From NCBI GenBank assembly GCA_002425245.1, contig DILW01000171.1, forward strand, positions 9,804 through 73,803: DNA of 64,000 nucleotides, read 5' to 3'. The notes beneath the pieces are model-generated. The model saw only the letters and a list, made by a program, of their open reading frames with translations, was not told where the DNA came from and did not search any database. The stretch comes from Betaproteobacteria bacterium UBA5582 (GTDB lineage Bacteria > Pseudomonadota > Gammaproteobacteria > Burkholderiales > Rhodocyclaceae). Positions 25,435-35,494 of the stretch are shown one piece after another. The translations under genes and the position numbers were made by a program. Each line of letters opens with the position of its first letter. Within the stretch, counting starts at the first letter, position 1.

Positions 25435-27399
25435 TTAGGCCACCTTTCTGACAACAGAAAAATCAGGCAATTCGTCATCGAGGCCCGATGGAAGCACCTC
25501 GGGTGGCTCTGATTTGCCCCTCTTAACTGGCTTACGCGCCTCAGCCAACGGATCTTGACTGTGCAATACGGCCTCAGAGTCATGCATGGCAACTCTTGCG
25601 CCGATCTTCCGGTGCCCCATTTTCTTAGCCTTCAAGGCCTCCTGAATCAGGTCCTCAATTTCCGCCTTGGCCTGCAGCAACTGCTCCGATAAAACGTGAT
25701 CGCCAAAGCGCTTACGGGCTTTCTCCCGCACAAGACGATGTATTTCCCGGGGCAAATCTTGAGCGTATGCCGCCAGCTTCGCCGGCACCTTCAAATATTC
25801 CTTAGTGACCGAATCGAAGACATGGATGTGCGCGACCGTGTCCTCGTAGTATTTGAGCTGCACAGGAAGATTCTCACCTGTGCGCCGGCGCAAAACCTGC
25901 AGTTGCTCGGAGTTGTACTGGAGGCCATCAAGCTCGATTCCGTAGTGGAACAAGGTGCGCTTCGCTGGGATGCCGGTGATTACCTCCAATTGCTGAGGAT
26001 GAACCGGCAACTCGATGATGCGACGATCAGCAGAGAGTATCCATTGGTCGATGGGACGAGCACCGATGCCACGGTGAGTCGTGACGTTGTAGACCTCAAC
26101 TACCCATTTGGTCAGAAGATGCACCAACGACTGCATGTCGATGACAGCCTTGTCTTCGGCAGGATAGTCTCCCCGCTCATCTACGGAACTGAATACAGTT
26201 CCAGGCAAGCGATGGATCAAGCCCATATTCATGGTCCGGAAAAATCGCTCAATGGCACCCTTGTGCTGCGGCGTCTTTGAACCACAGAACAGCATTTGAA
26301 TACCCATCTCCATGCACGAGGATTCCAAGGCCTCAGAGTGGAGGTCGGTGCCGTTATCCACGGCAATTAGTTCGGGGATGCCATGGGCAGGCCAGGATCC
26401 CTTGATATCTGGGAAGCGAGCTAACCACTCATCTTTGGGCAGAATGGCCCGACGGAGGCACTGCAGAACGCCATGACTGGAAGGCGCGTTGAAGGAGATG
26501 TAAAACCCAACCACCATGCGCGAATAGTGATCGATGGCCATGGTCAGCCAAGGCCGCCCCAATGGCAGCATCGTCAGACTATCAATGACAATCAGATCAA
26601 GGGGCGTGTGATCGATCTCAATGCGTTCGAGCACGCTGCCAACTTTCACATTCCCTAGCGCCGCCCGGTACTTTACGCGTGCCGCCTCGGCGCCTTCCCG
26701 TGCCTTGTCGACGAGATCTTGCTGAAGGTTGTCCAGCCAGCGGTAGATTGTGGCTCGAGCTGGCTTCCTGATCCGCTCATCGGCCGGCAAGCCATTGTTC
26801 ACGCCATCGACACGCCGGAACACCTCTTCAACCACTTTGAGCTTCGGCAACTTCTGGTTGGTGAGATATACCGAAGCGATGACCTCCTCAAATATCTGAT
26901 AGCGACGCTTGGCCCTCGGACCGGAAGAGGGTTTGTTCCGTGGGATGAGGCAAGTGACGCTCTTGGTCAGCCGGTATCGGCGCCACCAAGCCTGGACGGT
27001 TGAAGGTGCTGGGGGATAGTGATCCTCCAGCTCTCTGGCCGCGCCCTCAATAAGGGAGCGCCACCGACTCGAATGGTAGGGGTTAGCGTCGGGATTTAGT
27101 TTGTCCAAATAATGCTTGCGACGCTTGGCTTCCCGCTGCTGACTCTCGGGGTAAGTCCCCAGGTCACGGGGCACCGTGATGTAGATGGCGTCCTTACTAG
27201 ATCCGATGGATGCCACGTCGATTTCCCATTCGTGCGACAACCACTTTTGGTGGAGTTCGGAATCGGTCAAGTTGAGAATTTCCCCCTTGTCCGATATCAG
27301 TTGGAGTTTGCCCGTTGCGAGACGGCGGGAAATCTCGTAGCCGATCTGCGTTACAACCTCCACCAAGCGCATGCCATGCTTAAAAGAGCAGCGTTGCAT
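25435..27399 (-). CDS. tnsB: TnsB-like DDE (Mu/rve-type) transposase
   Basis: Core strings IEIDHTPLDLIVID, IAVDNGTDLHSEALE and HKGAIERFFRTMN. The start is taken at MQRCSFKHG by analogy with the Y copy, giving a 20-bp overlap with tnsA. Confidence 0.9.
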   Translation of the reverse strand: MQRCSFKHGMRLVEVVTQIGYEISRRLATGKLQLISDKGEILNLTDSELHQKWLSHEWEIDVASIGSSKDAIYITVPRDLGTYPESQQREAKRRKHYLDKLNPDANPYHSSRWRSLIEGAARELEDHYPPAPSTVQAWWRRYRLTKSVTCLIPRNKPSSGPRAKRRYQIFEEVIASVYLTNQKLPKLKVVEEVFRRVDGVNNGLPADERIRKPARATIYRWLDNLQQDLVDKAREGAEAARVKYRAALGNVKVGSVLERIEIDHTPLDLIVIDSLTMLPLGRPWLTMAIDHYSRMVVGFYISFNAPSSHGVLQCLRRAILPKDEWLARFPDIKGSWPAHGIPELIAVDNGTDLHSEALESSCMEMGIQMLFCGSKTPQHKGAIERFFRTMNMGLIHRLPGTVFSSVDERGDYPAEDKAVIDMQSLVHLLTKWVVEVYNVTTHRGIGARPIDQWILSADRRIIELPVHPQQLEVITGIPAKRTLFHYGIELDGLQYNSEQLQVLRRRTGENLPVQLKYYEDTVAHIHVFDSVTKEYLKVPAKLAAYAQDLPREIHRLVREKARKRFGDHVLSEQLLQAKAEIEDLIQEALKAKKMGHRKIGARVAMHDSEAVLHSQDPLAEARKPVKRGKSEPPEVLPSGLDDELPDFSVVRKVA

Positions 27400-28021
27400 G
27401 GCGATCTCCTTCCGTAACAGAAACAAGCGTGTTGGGCGTGATCTCAGCAGCGAGATCACAGTAGAGATAACCTTGAGCCAAAAGCCGCTGCGTAACCTCA
27501 GCCCCGAGGATCATTTCCGAGGTGGCCAGAGTGATCGGCATTTGTCCAAGCAGGCGGACAAGTTCGGCTCGCATCGGCAATACCTCCGCCGTCAGCTTTG
27601 TTCGCACATAACTGAGCCGCCGTAAATTGCTGCGCAGCGGCTCACGCTGGCATTCCAGCTCCGTAACGATGCGAAACTGGGTAGGTGTCTGCTTGTAGTG
27701 GCTAGCAATAGCTCGGTACTTCTCTGCAATCTTGGGTTTGCTGAGCTTCTTGGAGGGCTTAATTTCAAGATGGACGCGAGATCCATTAGATAGCAGAGCT
27801 TCAAAGTCCGGAAAGTAGGCTCGCATCCGTTCCCCATCCCAGTAATGGATCAGAGCCGGTTGTTCTTGGTAGGACAAAACTCCTGGGGAGTATTCCAACA
27901 GAAGGACAACGTCCCCCTCCAAAATCGATTCGCACTCGACCATCCGGCCGAGCTTCATGGACGGTATCCGCATCCGGAATCCCCGCCCGCTGCGGGTTAG
28001 CGCCTTTCGTGACAGCATCAT
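27380..28021 (-). CDS. tnsA: TnsA-like endonuclease subunit
   Basis: Restriction-endonuclease-like motifs (ECESILEGD, YFPDFEAL, HLEIKPS). The ATGATG start at 28021 follows GAGGAG. Confidence 0.8.
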   Translation of the reverse strand: MMLSRKALTRSGRGFRMRIPSMKLGRMVECESILEGDVVLLLEYSPGVLSYQEQPALIHYWDGERMRAYFPDFEALLSNGSRVHLEIKPSKKLSKPKIAEKYRAIASHYKQTPTQFRIVTELECQREPLRSNLRRLSYVRTKLTAEVLPMRAELVRLLGQMPITLATSEMILGAEVTQRLLAQGYLYCDLAAEITPNTLVSVTEGDRHATLLF

Positions 28022-28146
28022 GCTTCTCCTCACGACCGGCGTAGAATCTCCCTGCGCCAGCCGCATGTCGTCAATAATCGAGACAAAAAAGGACTCTCGA
28101 TCAGTGCAAAACTGACCGTTGTCTCGTGTAATCAGTGGGATAAGGC

Positions 28147-28242
28147 TTGACGCCCGAGATGGGGGAGGACGATACTTGGCTTGTCGATAGCGGTAGCGTC
28201 AGCTGCCCATCAAGGGGGCAAGCCTTTGTGCTTGCCCTTTTT
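28147..28242 (+). promoter_or_regulatory. Conserved intergenic module: TTGACG-N18-GATACT, 8-bp palindrome, GC hairpin plus T5 (candidate ~60-nt sRNA or xre/tnsA operator-attenuator)
   Basis: TTGACG at 28147-52, GATACT at 28171-76, and GACGATAC-N16-GTAGCGTC. The hairpin is GGGCAAGC-ctttgt-GCTTGCCC (28216-37) followed by TTTTT. The same layout and spacing occur in element Y (50436-50527). Confidence 0.35.
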
Positions 28243-28672
28243 ACATTTCAGGGGCCTCCTTTCTTTCGGAACAGAAGGCCCTAGCCTGCGCGGAGAGCTC
28301 GATTCCCGCTGTACAAAGCGACGCAGGCAAACGCAACGCGAGCCGGATGAGATATATCTGTTCAACGCGGAGTTGCCCTAGTTGTGCCTCTAACTCATGG
28401 AGCAAGCTGTATTCCTCTTCGCTCGCATGAAGCGGTAGCGTGATCTGGCGGCGCGACTCTGCCAGGGCAATTGTCAGTTCAACCCGTTCATCCTCATCCA
28501 AATCGAGGCCTCGAATCAGGCGCTCAACGAACGCGCGCCGAGGGGGACCCTTTTCGCCCCGCTCCAACGCAGACACATAGCTGGGCTCGTAGCCGAGACG
28601 ATCAGCAACCTCCTTCTGCTTCAGGCCGCGCCGTTGCCGAAGCCGCCGAAGGCATAGAGAAAATGGGCTCAT
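28241..28672 (-). CDS. XRE-family HTH regulator (transposon-associated, conserved in X and Y)
   Basis: HTH RGLKQKEVADRLGYEPSYVSALERGEKGPPRRAFVERLIRGL. It is a clear homolog of 50524..50955. Confidence 0.8.
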   Translation of the reverse strand: MSPFSLCLRRLRQRRGLKQKEVADRLGYEPSYVSALERGEKGPPRRAFVERLIRGLDLDEDERVELTIALAESRRQITLPLHASEEEYSLLHELEAQLGQLRVEQIYLIRLALRLPASLCTAGIELSAQARAFCSERKEAPEM

Positions 28673-28679
28673 TGGTTTC

Positions 28680-29063
28680 TTACAAGGCCACTTCTCGGAG
28701 CTTGGCGCACATCCCCTTCAGAAAACGGGGTGGCACTGCATTTGCGTACCGGCGAATATCAGCAATGAGCACCTGAGCCTCTTCGGGAAGTTGCCCATCT
28801 TCTGGCGACATTCCTCGCTCAACAGCCGACTGGCGCTCAATCGCTACAACCTCGGGTTCGCTGACCTTCAACGCGTCGAGTAAGCGTCGAAGGGTCCCTT
28901 TTCGGGGAGGAGGACACTTGCTGTTCTCGATACTGCAGTAATAGCCCGCGGAAACACCGGCCTGAACAGCGACCATCGCCTGGGTGAGGTTCAATAGTTC
29001 GCGTTGCCGACGCAAGCGGGCGCCAACGGTATCCACGAATGCGTTTGATTCTGACATATCCAT
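28680..29063 (-). CDS. Second XRE-family HTH protein (paralog of 28241..28672)
   Basis: HTH LLNLTQAMVAVQAGVSAGYYCSIENSKCPPPRKGTLRRLLDAL. The start is taken at MDMSES (29063). Confidence 0.7.
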   Translation of the reverse strand: MDMSESNAFVDTVGARLRRQRELLNLTQAMVAVQAGVSAGYYCSIENSKCPPPRKGTLRRLLDALKVSEPEVVAIERQSAVERGMSPEDGQLPEEAQVLIADIRRYANAVPPRFLKGMCAKLREVAL

Positions 29064-29198
29064 TTGCCTCACCACCCTCACGAAATTGCAGTCGCAAAAA
29101 AGCGTAGCGAGAGCAGGTTTGTTATGGAAGGCAAAATCTTGGCAAACTGAACGGCACTTTTTGCTGGGCTCATTTAACTCTCGATTCATCAGGTCGAC

Positions 29199-30356
29199 GT
29201 GAAAGCATCCAGAAGCCCCTTGCCTTCCATCTCTTCGTTGCGCCTGAAGGTCGCCACGAACTGCTTCAAGCTCCAGTTGCTTGGAGAAGACCTTCACATC
29301 CCTGGAAACCCGCAAGTTTCAGCGGTTTTCGATGCACTGATGACTGCCGGATGCCAGCAGCTTCTTTCGGAGACGACCTGGAACAATTGGTTTTCTGACA
29401 CTGACGTCGTACCGAAAATCGCCAAGCTCAAGGCATTGGACAAGTTCGCAGCAATTGCCATCCGTGAGCCAGAGCACCAAGGAGCCTCAACAGCCTCGTT
29501 CCGGGGAGAACCGTTCAGCACTTTGGTTCACGGCGGGTTGGTCAAGCATCTAACCGCACGAAGCTCAGCGAAGAAACTGCTGCCGGTTTTGCAGGCAAGA
29601 GCAATCGAATACGAACCCTTATCTCCCTTGCATCTTCACCTAGATGCAATGGAAATCGGGGGGCTCGCAGACAACTTTGGAGATATTCCCTGGACGACGG
29701 TGAAAGCGATCGGGGCCAAACGAATCATGGACATCCTGACCGCCCGCTGGAGTCCCCGGCATGGAACGGTCTACGCCACCCTCTCGTCGGATATGCGGCT
29801 CAAATGGCAGGATGCCGGTGATGCAGAGCGCCAAACGATCCGGGCAAGTTTTGCCAAGATCAAGCCTGATTTGCTCCCATCTTTGATGGTGCAGGCGCCA
29901 AAACCAAACTGGGAGAAGGTCGGTATCAGCGCAGACGTTAGCTCAACACATATCCACAAAGCGCTATTCTCTCTGGCGGCGGATTCCGAGTTTCTTGTTG
30001 CCGACCGCTTGGCTACTTGGTCGCTGGATTTAGCCACTGCGGCGCTCGCGATGCATGCGTACGCTTGGACGGATCGCTATACAACATTTGGCCACAGGAT
30101 CACAGAAGAATTGATCTACTGGATGGCGTTCGATTCGCTTCTATTTGCGAACGACGCGCCAAGCTTTGACCAATTTGATGTAGGCCCTGCGATGGCTGCC
30201 AGCAACGCTGAATGGAGCAATGAATCGGTTAAAACACTGCTTCTAGGCCGTGATACCTATCGCTCACTGCTTGAGTCGCTGGCAGTTTCTGCCGCTGAAA
30301 TTCAATTGATTGCAATGCTGGGCGCAAAGGCGCATCCGCTCGTGTATTACCCCTAG
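29199..30356 (+). CDS. Hypothetical protein, no recognisable motif (cargo of element X)
   Basis: 385-aa ORF divergent from the XRE pair. It is Trp-rich and looks helical. The GTG start is uncertain, and an internal Met at about 29340 is possible. Confidence 0.5.
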   Translation: MKASRSPLPSISSLRLKVATNCFKLQLLGEDLHIPGNPQVSAVFDALMTAGCQQLLSETTWNNWFSDTDVVPKIAKLKALDKFAAIAIREPEHQGASTASFRGEPFSTLVHGGLVKHLTARSSAKKLLPVLQARAIEYEPLSPLHLHLDAMEIGGLADNFGDIPWTTVKAIGAKRIMDILTARWSPRHGTVYATLSSDMRLKWQDAGDAERQTIRASFAKIKPDLLPSLMVQAPKPNWEKVGISADVSSTHIHKALFSLAADSEFLVADRLATWSLDLATAALAMHAYAWTDRYTTFGHRITEELIYWMAFDSLLFANDAPSFDQFDVGPAMAASNAEWSNESVKTLLLGRDTYRSLLESLAVSAAEIQLIAMLGAKAHPLVYYP

Positions 30357-30379
30357 CAAGGAAGCTTGGAGAAGATAAT

Positions 30380-31099
30380 CTACGTCCGAGTCCAAGGCTG
30401 AGCGGCTAGTGGCAGCTCATTCAACTCCGCCCGAGCCTCCCGCCAGCTCGGGTAATGCTTGTCCAGCAGATCGATGAACCGCTGGCTATGGGTGGGCTCG
30501 ATCAGGTGCAGCATTTCATGCACCACCACGTACTCCAACAGGTCCTTCGGTTTCTTGACCAGTTCCGTGTTCAGACGGATCGTGCCGGCCCGGTGATTGC
30601 AACCACCCCACTTGGTCTTCATCCGCTGCAGGAAGTAGGCGCTGACGGCAACGCCCAGCAGCGGCTGCCACTTTTGGATCAACGCAGGTATCGTCTGGTG
30701 CAGCAGCGAACGATGCCAGTCATGCATGACCTCCTCGCGCTTTTCCGGTGAGCTACCGGGACGGATCGTCAGCGTGATGCGCCGGTGATCCAGCTTCACG
30801 CCTGGCTTGGCATCCTGCTCAACCACAGAGAGCAGATAGCGCCGGCCCCACAGGTAATGACTTTCCCGCTCGACGAATTGGCGCGGCGTTTCCCGGGCCT
30901 GGGCTTGTAGCTTTTCCTGCTGGTCGCGTATCCAGCCGAGTTTGGAGATGGCGTAGGCGCGAGCAACTTCCAGGCGGGTGCTGGTCGGCGCAACCAGGGT
31001 GACGTGCCCGGCCGGCGGATGTACCGACAGGTGGACATTCTTGACCGCCTTGCGGGTGACCTCGATGGTCAGCTCGCCTAGCTGGATGCTTTCCGTCAC
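30380..31099 (-). CDS. YgjP-like (DUF45/M48-type) zinc metallopeptidase linked to the type I R-M operon
   Basis: HExxH motif ([14 protein letters not shown]). The start overlaps the hsdR stop. Confidence 0.8.
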   Translation of the reverse strand: MTESIQLGELTIEVTRKAVKNVHLSVHPPAGHVTLVAPTSTRLEVARAYAISKLGWIRDQQEKLQAQARETPRQFVERESHYLWGRRYLLSVVEQDAKPGVKLDHRRITLTIRPGSSPEKREEVMHDWHRSLLHQTIPALIQKWQPLLGVAVSAYFLQRMKTKWGGCNHRAGTIRLNTELVKKPKDLLEYVVVHEMLHLIEPTHSQRFIDLLDKHYPSWREARAELNELPLAAQPWTRT

Positions 31100-34000
31100 A
31101 GATAACCCTGCTGGCTCTTGGCAATCTCGAACATGGCCATTGTTGCAGCCCTGTCCCGGTTGAACAGCGGGAAGAGCGCGTTCAAGACCTGGGCGCCACG
31201 GGGGCCGTCGGCATCTTCCTGCCAGCCGGCCGGCGCTTGTTCGCGAATGGCACGGTCGATCTGCAAAGCCAGTTCCGCCTTGTCGTCATCGTCGGTCGGA
31301 CACTGGAACTGCACACAAGGCATGGAGGCCAGATTGTTGAACAGCACCGAGGCCTCCCGGTTTCCATGCAGCACGGCGGGCACACCAGCCTGGGGCTGTT
31401 TCGAGGCCAGCTTGCGCACCAGCTCCTCGGCCTTCTTCAGGAATTCCTCATAGGCCGCCGCATCGTCCCGGCTCTGCTTGATCAGATCGTCCAGCAGCTT
31501 CGACATTTGATCGTAAAACTTCGGGTCGGTCAGCTGGTCGCGGATGATGGTCTTGCGGACGTTGTTGATGATGCCTTCGGCGATGGCGTTCTTGGTCAGC
31601 TTGCCCTTCTCGTTGAGCTTGCGGGCGATTGCGTCGTGGATGCCGGTTTCGATGATCAACTCGGTCAGAGACAATTCGCCCAGCTCACCCAGTTCTTCGG
31701 CGGTATCGGCCTGGATATAGGTGTTGATGAGGTGGCGCATGTCCGCCTCGTAGGGCTTGATGTCCAGTTCCTCGCCGGAATGCTTTTTGATGGCGGCGCG
31801 GATTTCGGCGTAGAACTCCACTTCACGTTGCAGCTTCTCCGCCTCGGCGTCGGTATAACCGGCTTCGCTCAGGTTCTGGGCCAGATCGGCATAGGCCCGG
31901 GTGAACAGCGCCACGGCCTTGTAGAACGATACGCGTAGCGGCTCGGTTTCGTTCAGCGCATTGGGGTTGGCCGCATTGCCGCAGAAGTAGTGCAGGTACT
32001 GCTCCACCTCCCGGGGTTGCGACACCGGCTCGCACAGGTAATGCAGTGCCTGCCGGGCGTCGTCCAGCTGTTTCTTGCCTTCTAGCAGCCAGTTCTTGAG
32101 CTGGACGTTGTTCTCGCCACCGTTGCCGGCGTCGATGTCCAGCTCGTCGGAGCTATACACGGCGATAGCCTGCTGCACGTCCCCGAAAAGCTCCTTGTAA
32201 TCAACGATGTGACCGTAATCCTTGTCGTCGCCGTCCAGCCGGTTGGTGCGGCAGATAGCCTGGAACAAGTTGTGGTCGCGCAGCTCGTTGTCCAGATAGA
32301 TGTAGGTGCAGCTGGGCGCATCGAAGCCGGTTAGCAACTTGCTGACCACGATCAACAGCTTCAGGTTGGCCGGTTCGTCCTTGAAGCGGCGCTTGACCTC
32401 GTCCTCGTACTGCTTGGTGGTCTGGCCCTGGGCCAGCACATGCTGGGTGTAGGTGTCGAACTTGTAACGCTCATCGCTGTTGGCAGGCTCGCGGGAAATG
32501 GCGTTGTGGTTGGGCTCGAAGGAGGTGACGAGGCCGCAATACTGGCCGAAGGTCTTGGTCTGAAAGATGCGGTAGTAATGGCAGGCGTCGTAGATGCTGG
32601 CCGCTACTAGAATGGCCGTGCCCCGGTCGTTATTGAGCCGGGGCTTCAGGGCAAAGTCCTGGATGATGTCGGCGACGATGCGCGCCTTGCGCTCTTCCGC
32701 GCTCATCAGTTCTTCCATCGTCGCCCAGCGCTTGCGCAGGATCGATTTTTGGAAGTTGTTGAGGTTCTTCGTCTTCTGTTCGAACCACTGGTCGATGGCC
32801 TTGCGTGAGCCGAGGCGCTGGGGCACGTCCCGAGCCTCGTACTTCAGGTCTAGCACCACCTTGTCGGCCACGGCCTGATGGAACTTGTAGGTGTGGATGT
32901 AGGTGCCGAACACGTCCCGCGTCATCTGCTTGTCTTTGCGCAGCAATGGCGTGCCGGTGAAGCCGATGAAGATCGCCCCTTCCAGCCAGCGCTTCATCTG
33001 CTTATTCATGTCGCCGCCCTGGGTGCGGTGGCATTCATCAACGAAGATGTAGAAACGGCCATGGACCCGGGGCGGCTCGCCCTTGAGGTCGGTGGTGTCG
33101 AACTTGTGGATCAGCGCGCAGAGCAGGCGCGGCGTGGTGGCACCGAGCTTGTCGATCAGTTCGGCGCGGGAGGTGATGCGCGGTGAAGCGGCATCCTCGC
33201 CGATCACCCCGGCGTTGCGCATGACGCCGACGATCTGCTTGTCCAGTTCGTCCCGGTCGGTGATGACCAGGATGCGGGCCTCTGGATCGTGTTCCAGCAG
33301 CCACTTGGCGATCAACACCATCAGGATGCTCTTGCCACTGCCCTGGGTGTGCCAGATCACCCCGCCTTCCTGCTTGGCGACGCGCTCCTGGGCTGCCTTG
33401 ACGCCCTGGAACTGATGCTGGCGCGGCACCTTCTTCTGGCCGGCGTCGAAGATGATGAAGTTGCGGATCAGATCGAGCAGCTTGATCTTGTCACACAGCT
33501 GCGCCAGCGGCCGGTCGAGCAGGCTGCCGGCTTCCGGCGTGACACCGACAGCGGGGGGCGCTTCGTCCTTCCATTCGACAAAGAACTGCTCCGGCGTACC
33601 GGTGGTGCCATAACGCAAGCCTTGCGAGTCGCTACCCGCCATCACCAACTGCACTGTGCTGAAGAAGCCCTTGTTGAAGATTTCTTCCTGATTGGTAATC
33701 AGCTGGCGCACCCCGTCGGCCACTTCCACCGAGCTGCGCTTGAGTTCCAGCACGGCGATGGCGATGCCGTTGATGTAGAGCACGATATCCGGCCGCCGCT
33801 GGTAGCCGCCCTTGAGCGTCACCTCCTCGGCCAGAGCGAAGTGGTTGTTGCCCGGCGTAGCCCAGTCGATCAGGTGCACCTTGTCGTGGGGCTGGCCGGC
33901 GGCTACCTGCACATCAACACCGTAGCGCAGCAACTGGTAGGTGCGCAGGTTGGCCTGGTAGAGGGTGATGCCGGTGCTGTCGGCCGCCGTAAGCAGTTTC

Positions 34001-34206
34001 TGCAGGGCGGCGGCGATGTGGGCATCGGAATAACCACGCTGTTGCAGGTTGGCGCGCAGCAGTTCGGTTTCGATGGGGCGGTTATTTTCCCGCTTGTTCC
34101 ACTCACCTAGGTAGTCATAGCCGAGACAGTCCGAGCGCGAAGTATCCGTAAAGAGCGCAATGACGCGATTTTGGGTTTTACGTTCGGAGCGCGGCTGTTC
34201 AAGCAT
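31096..34206 (-). CDS. hsdR: Type I restriction enzyme R subunit
   Basis: 1036 aa with SF2 helicase motifs (HTQGSGKS; [11 protein letters not shown]). The N-terminal region is typical of HsdR ([13 protein letters not shown]...GYDYLG). Confidence 0.9.
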   Translation of the reverse strand: MLEQPRSERKTQNRVIALFTDTSRSDCLGYDYLGEWNKRENNRPIETELLRANLQQRGYSDAHIAAALQKLLTAADSTGITLYQANLRTYQLLRYGVDVQVAAGQPHDKVHLIDWATPGNNHFALAEEVTLKGGYQRRPDIVLYINGIAIAVLELKRSSVEVADGVRQLITNQEEIFNKGFFSTVQLVMAGSDSQGLRYGTTGTPEQFFVEWKDEAPPAVGVTPEAGSLLDRPLAQLCDKIKLLDLIRNFIIFDAGQKKVPRQHQFQGVKAAQERVAKQEGGVIWHTQGSGKSILMVLIAKWLLEHDPEARILVITDRDELDKQIVGVMRNAGVIGEDAASPRITSRAELIDKLGATTPRLLCALIHKFDTTDLKGEPPRVHGRFYIFVDECHRTQGGDMNKQMKRWLEGAIFIGFTGTPLLRKDKQMTRDVFGTYIHTYKFHQAVADKVVLDLKYEARDVPQRLGSRKAIDQWFEQKTKNLNNFQKSILRKRWATMEELMSAEERKARIVADIIQDFALKPRLNNDRGTAILVAASIYDACHYYRIFQTKTFGQYCGLVTSFEPNHNAISREPANSDERYKFDTYTQHVLAQGQTTKQYEDEVKRRFKDEPANLKLLIVVSKLLTGFDAPSCTYIYLDNELRDHNLFQAICRTNRLDGDDKDYGHIVDYKELFGDVQQAIAVYSSDELDIDAGNGGENNVQLKNWLLEGKKQLDDARQALHYLCEPVSQPREVEQYLHYFCGNAANPNALNETEPLRVSFYKAVALFTRAYADLAQNLSEAGYTDAEAEKLQREVEFYAEIRAAIKKHSGEELDIKPYEADMRHLINTYIQADTAEELGELGELSLTELIIETGIHDAIARKLNEKGKLTKNAIAEGIINNVRKTIIRDQLTDPKFYDQMSKLLDDLIKQSRDDAAAYEEFLKKAEELVRKLASKQPQAGVPAVLHGNREASVLFNNLASMPCVQFQCPTDDDDKAELALQIDRAIREQAPAGWQEDADGPRGAQVLNALFPLFNRDRAATMAMFEIAKSQQGYL

Positions 34207-34216
34207 GGGCGGCCTA

Positions 34217-35494
34217 TCAGGTTGGTAGTCGGGTCTTCCCGGTTAGCAATTCCGACATCATAGCCTGCTTCAGGGCGCGGGTTTTGGTGAGGCGGGCGTC
34301 GAGGACTGCCAGTTCGGCGTCCATGTCGGCGAGGACGGCGGCGATGGCGGTTTGTTCATGCACGTCCGGTAACGCCATCTCAGCACTTGCGATATGTGCC
34401 CTGTTGGTTGCATAAACTTTGGTTCCGGCAACGAGTCGGCGCAAATGCTGGCGAAACACGGGGATGAACTGGAGATACGCTTTGAAGCCATCAGCCAACA
34501 CTTGCTTGTCGAATCGGACAGCGATGGTATGCAAGCCGGAAACGACCTCGAACTGACCTACATTTTTTAGCTCTACCGACTTACCCACACCGTCCAAGTC
34601 CTCTGAAGCATCGGCGAAGACCAAGTCACCGTCTGACAAGCGATCCAGTTGTCCAGCTTTACCAACAGGCAGGTGGGGCATCAACGTCACGCCAGGCTTC
34701 AGAAGCAAACCCGTCGCTCCGTGAATGTCACCGTAATGCAGATACTTCACCTTGCCGGCGGCTGTTAGTTCAGCACGTGAATTCACGCCGTTCTTGAGGA
34801 AAGTAAGGTGATCCCCCAGTCGCTTCACCTCCCACCCCCCGCTAAACCCCGGCAGGCGGGTTTGGCCGGTAAGGAGTTGCTGCATGGTGGCCTGTTTGAG
34901 GTCGCGCTTCTTGGCAATCAGCCGGGTCAGGCTGTCGAGCAGCGCGTCCATATCCGACAGGGCGGTGGCGATAGCGCGTTGTTCTTTGATCGGAGGAAGA
35001 GAAATAGGGAATTTTCGAACATCGTTGCCAGTGATGTTCGGATCTTTTCGACTGCTGCTCGCAACAGATTTCCAGTAGCCAACGTGATAATTGAGGAAGT
35101 AGATGAGGTATTTAGAATCTAGCTTACGGCCCTCGGGGCAAATCGCCGTGAGCGCTTGATTTATTGTGGCAGGAAATGGCAAGTACCCAGTTCGACCAAT
35201 CTGGGCAAATCCACCATACATTGCAACCAACACAGAACCGGCAGGGTAGAGCTTTAGCGATGTTTCGCGTAATGCGGTTTCGGTGACGCACTCATCTGTC
35301 TCTTTGATTACAGAATTATTGAGATCAAGCGTCTTAACCCAAGGAATCGTACCATCATGGAAATATCGCTCTGCCGCAGCCCTGGCAGGGGTTGTGCCTG
35401 AAGCAGATTCGGCACAGGCAGCGATGTCTTCCACAGCCCAATCCTCTGGAATCACCCCTAATTCGGTCTGCTTATAACCGGGCCTCACTTCCAT
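34217..35494 (-). CDS. hsdS: Type I R-M specificity subunit
   Basis: Two variable halves are each followed by the conserved helical spacer ([23 protein letters not shown] and [21 protein letters not shown]). Confidence 0.85.
   Translation of the reverse strand: MEVRPGYKQTELGVIPEDWAVEDIAACAESASGTTPARAAAERYFHDGTIPWVKTLDLNNSVIKETDECVTETALRETSLKLYPAGSVLVAMYGGFAQIGRTGYLPFPATINQALTAICPEGRKLDSKYLIYFLNYHVGYWKSVASSSRKDPNITGNDVRKFPISLPPIKEQRAIATALSDMDALLDSLTRLIAKKRDLKQATMQQLLTGQTRLPGFSGGWEVKRLGDHLTFLKNGVNSRAELTAAGKVKYLHYGDIHGATGLLLKPGVTLMPHLPVGKAGQLDRLSDGDLVFADASEDLDGVGKSVELKNVGQFEVVSGLHTIAVRFDKQVLADGFKAYLQFIPVFRQHLRRLVAGTKVYATNRAHIASAEMALPDVHEQTAIAAVLADMDAELAVLDARLTKTRALKQAMMSELLTGKTRLPT

Noticed and set aside
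28171-28215. Partial similarity between the conserved xre-tnsA module and the att flank. The module reads AGCGGTAGCGTCAG in X and GCCGGTATCGTCAGAT in Y, against AAGCCGGTCAGATGTCGAT at gyrB. This hinted at a guide-like RNA.
   Set aside because: The matches are only 6-11 nt, need a 4-nt indel, and coincide with one arm of the local palindrome. That is too weak to distinguish from chance without covariation data.
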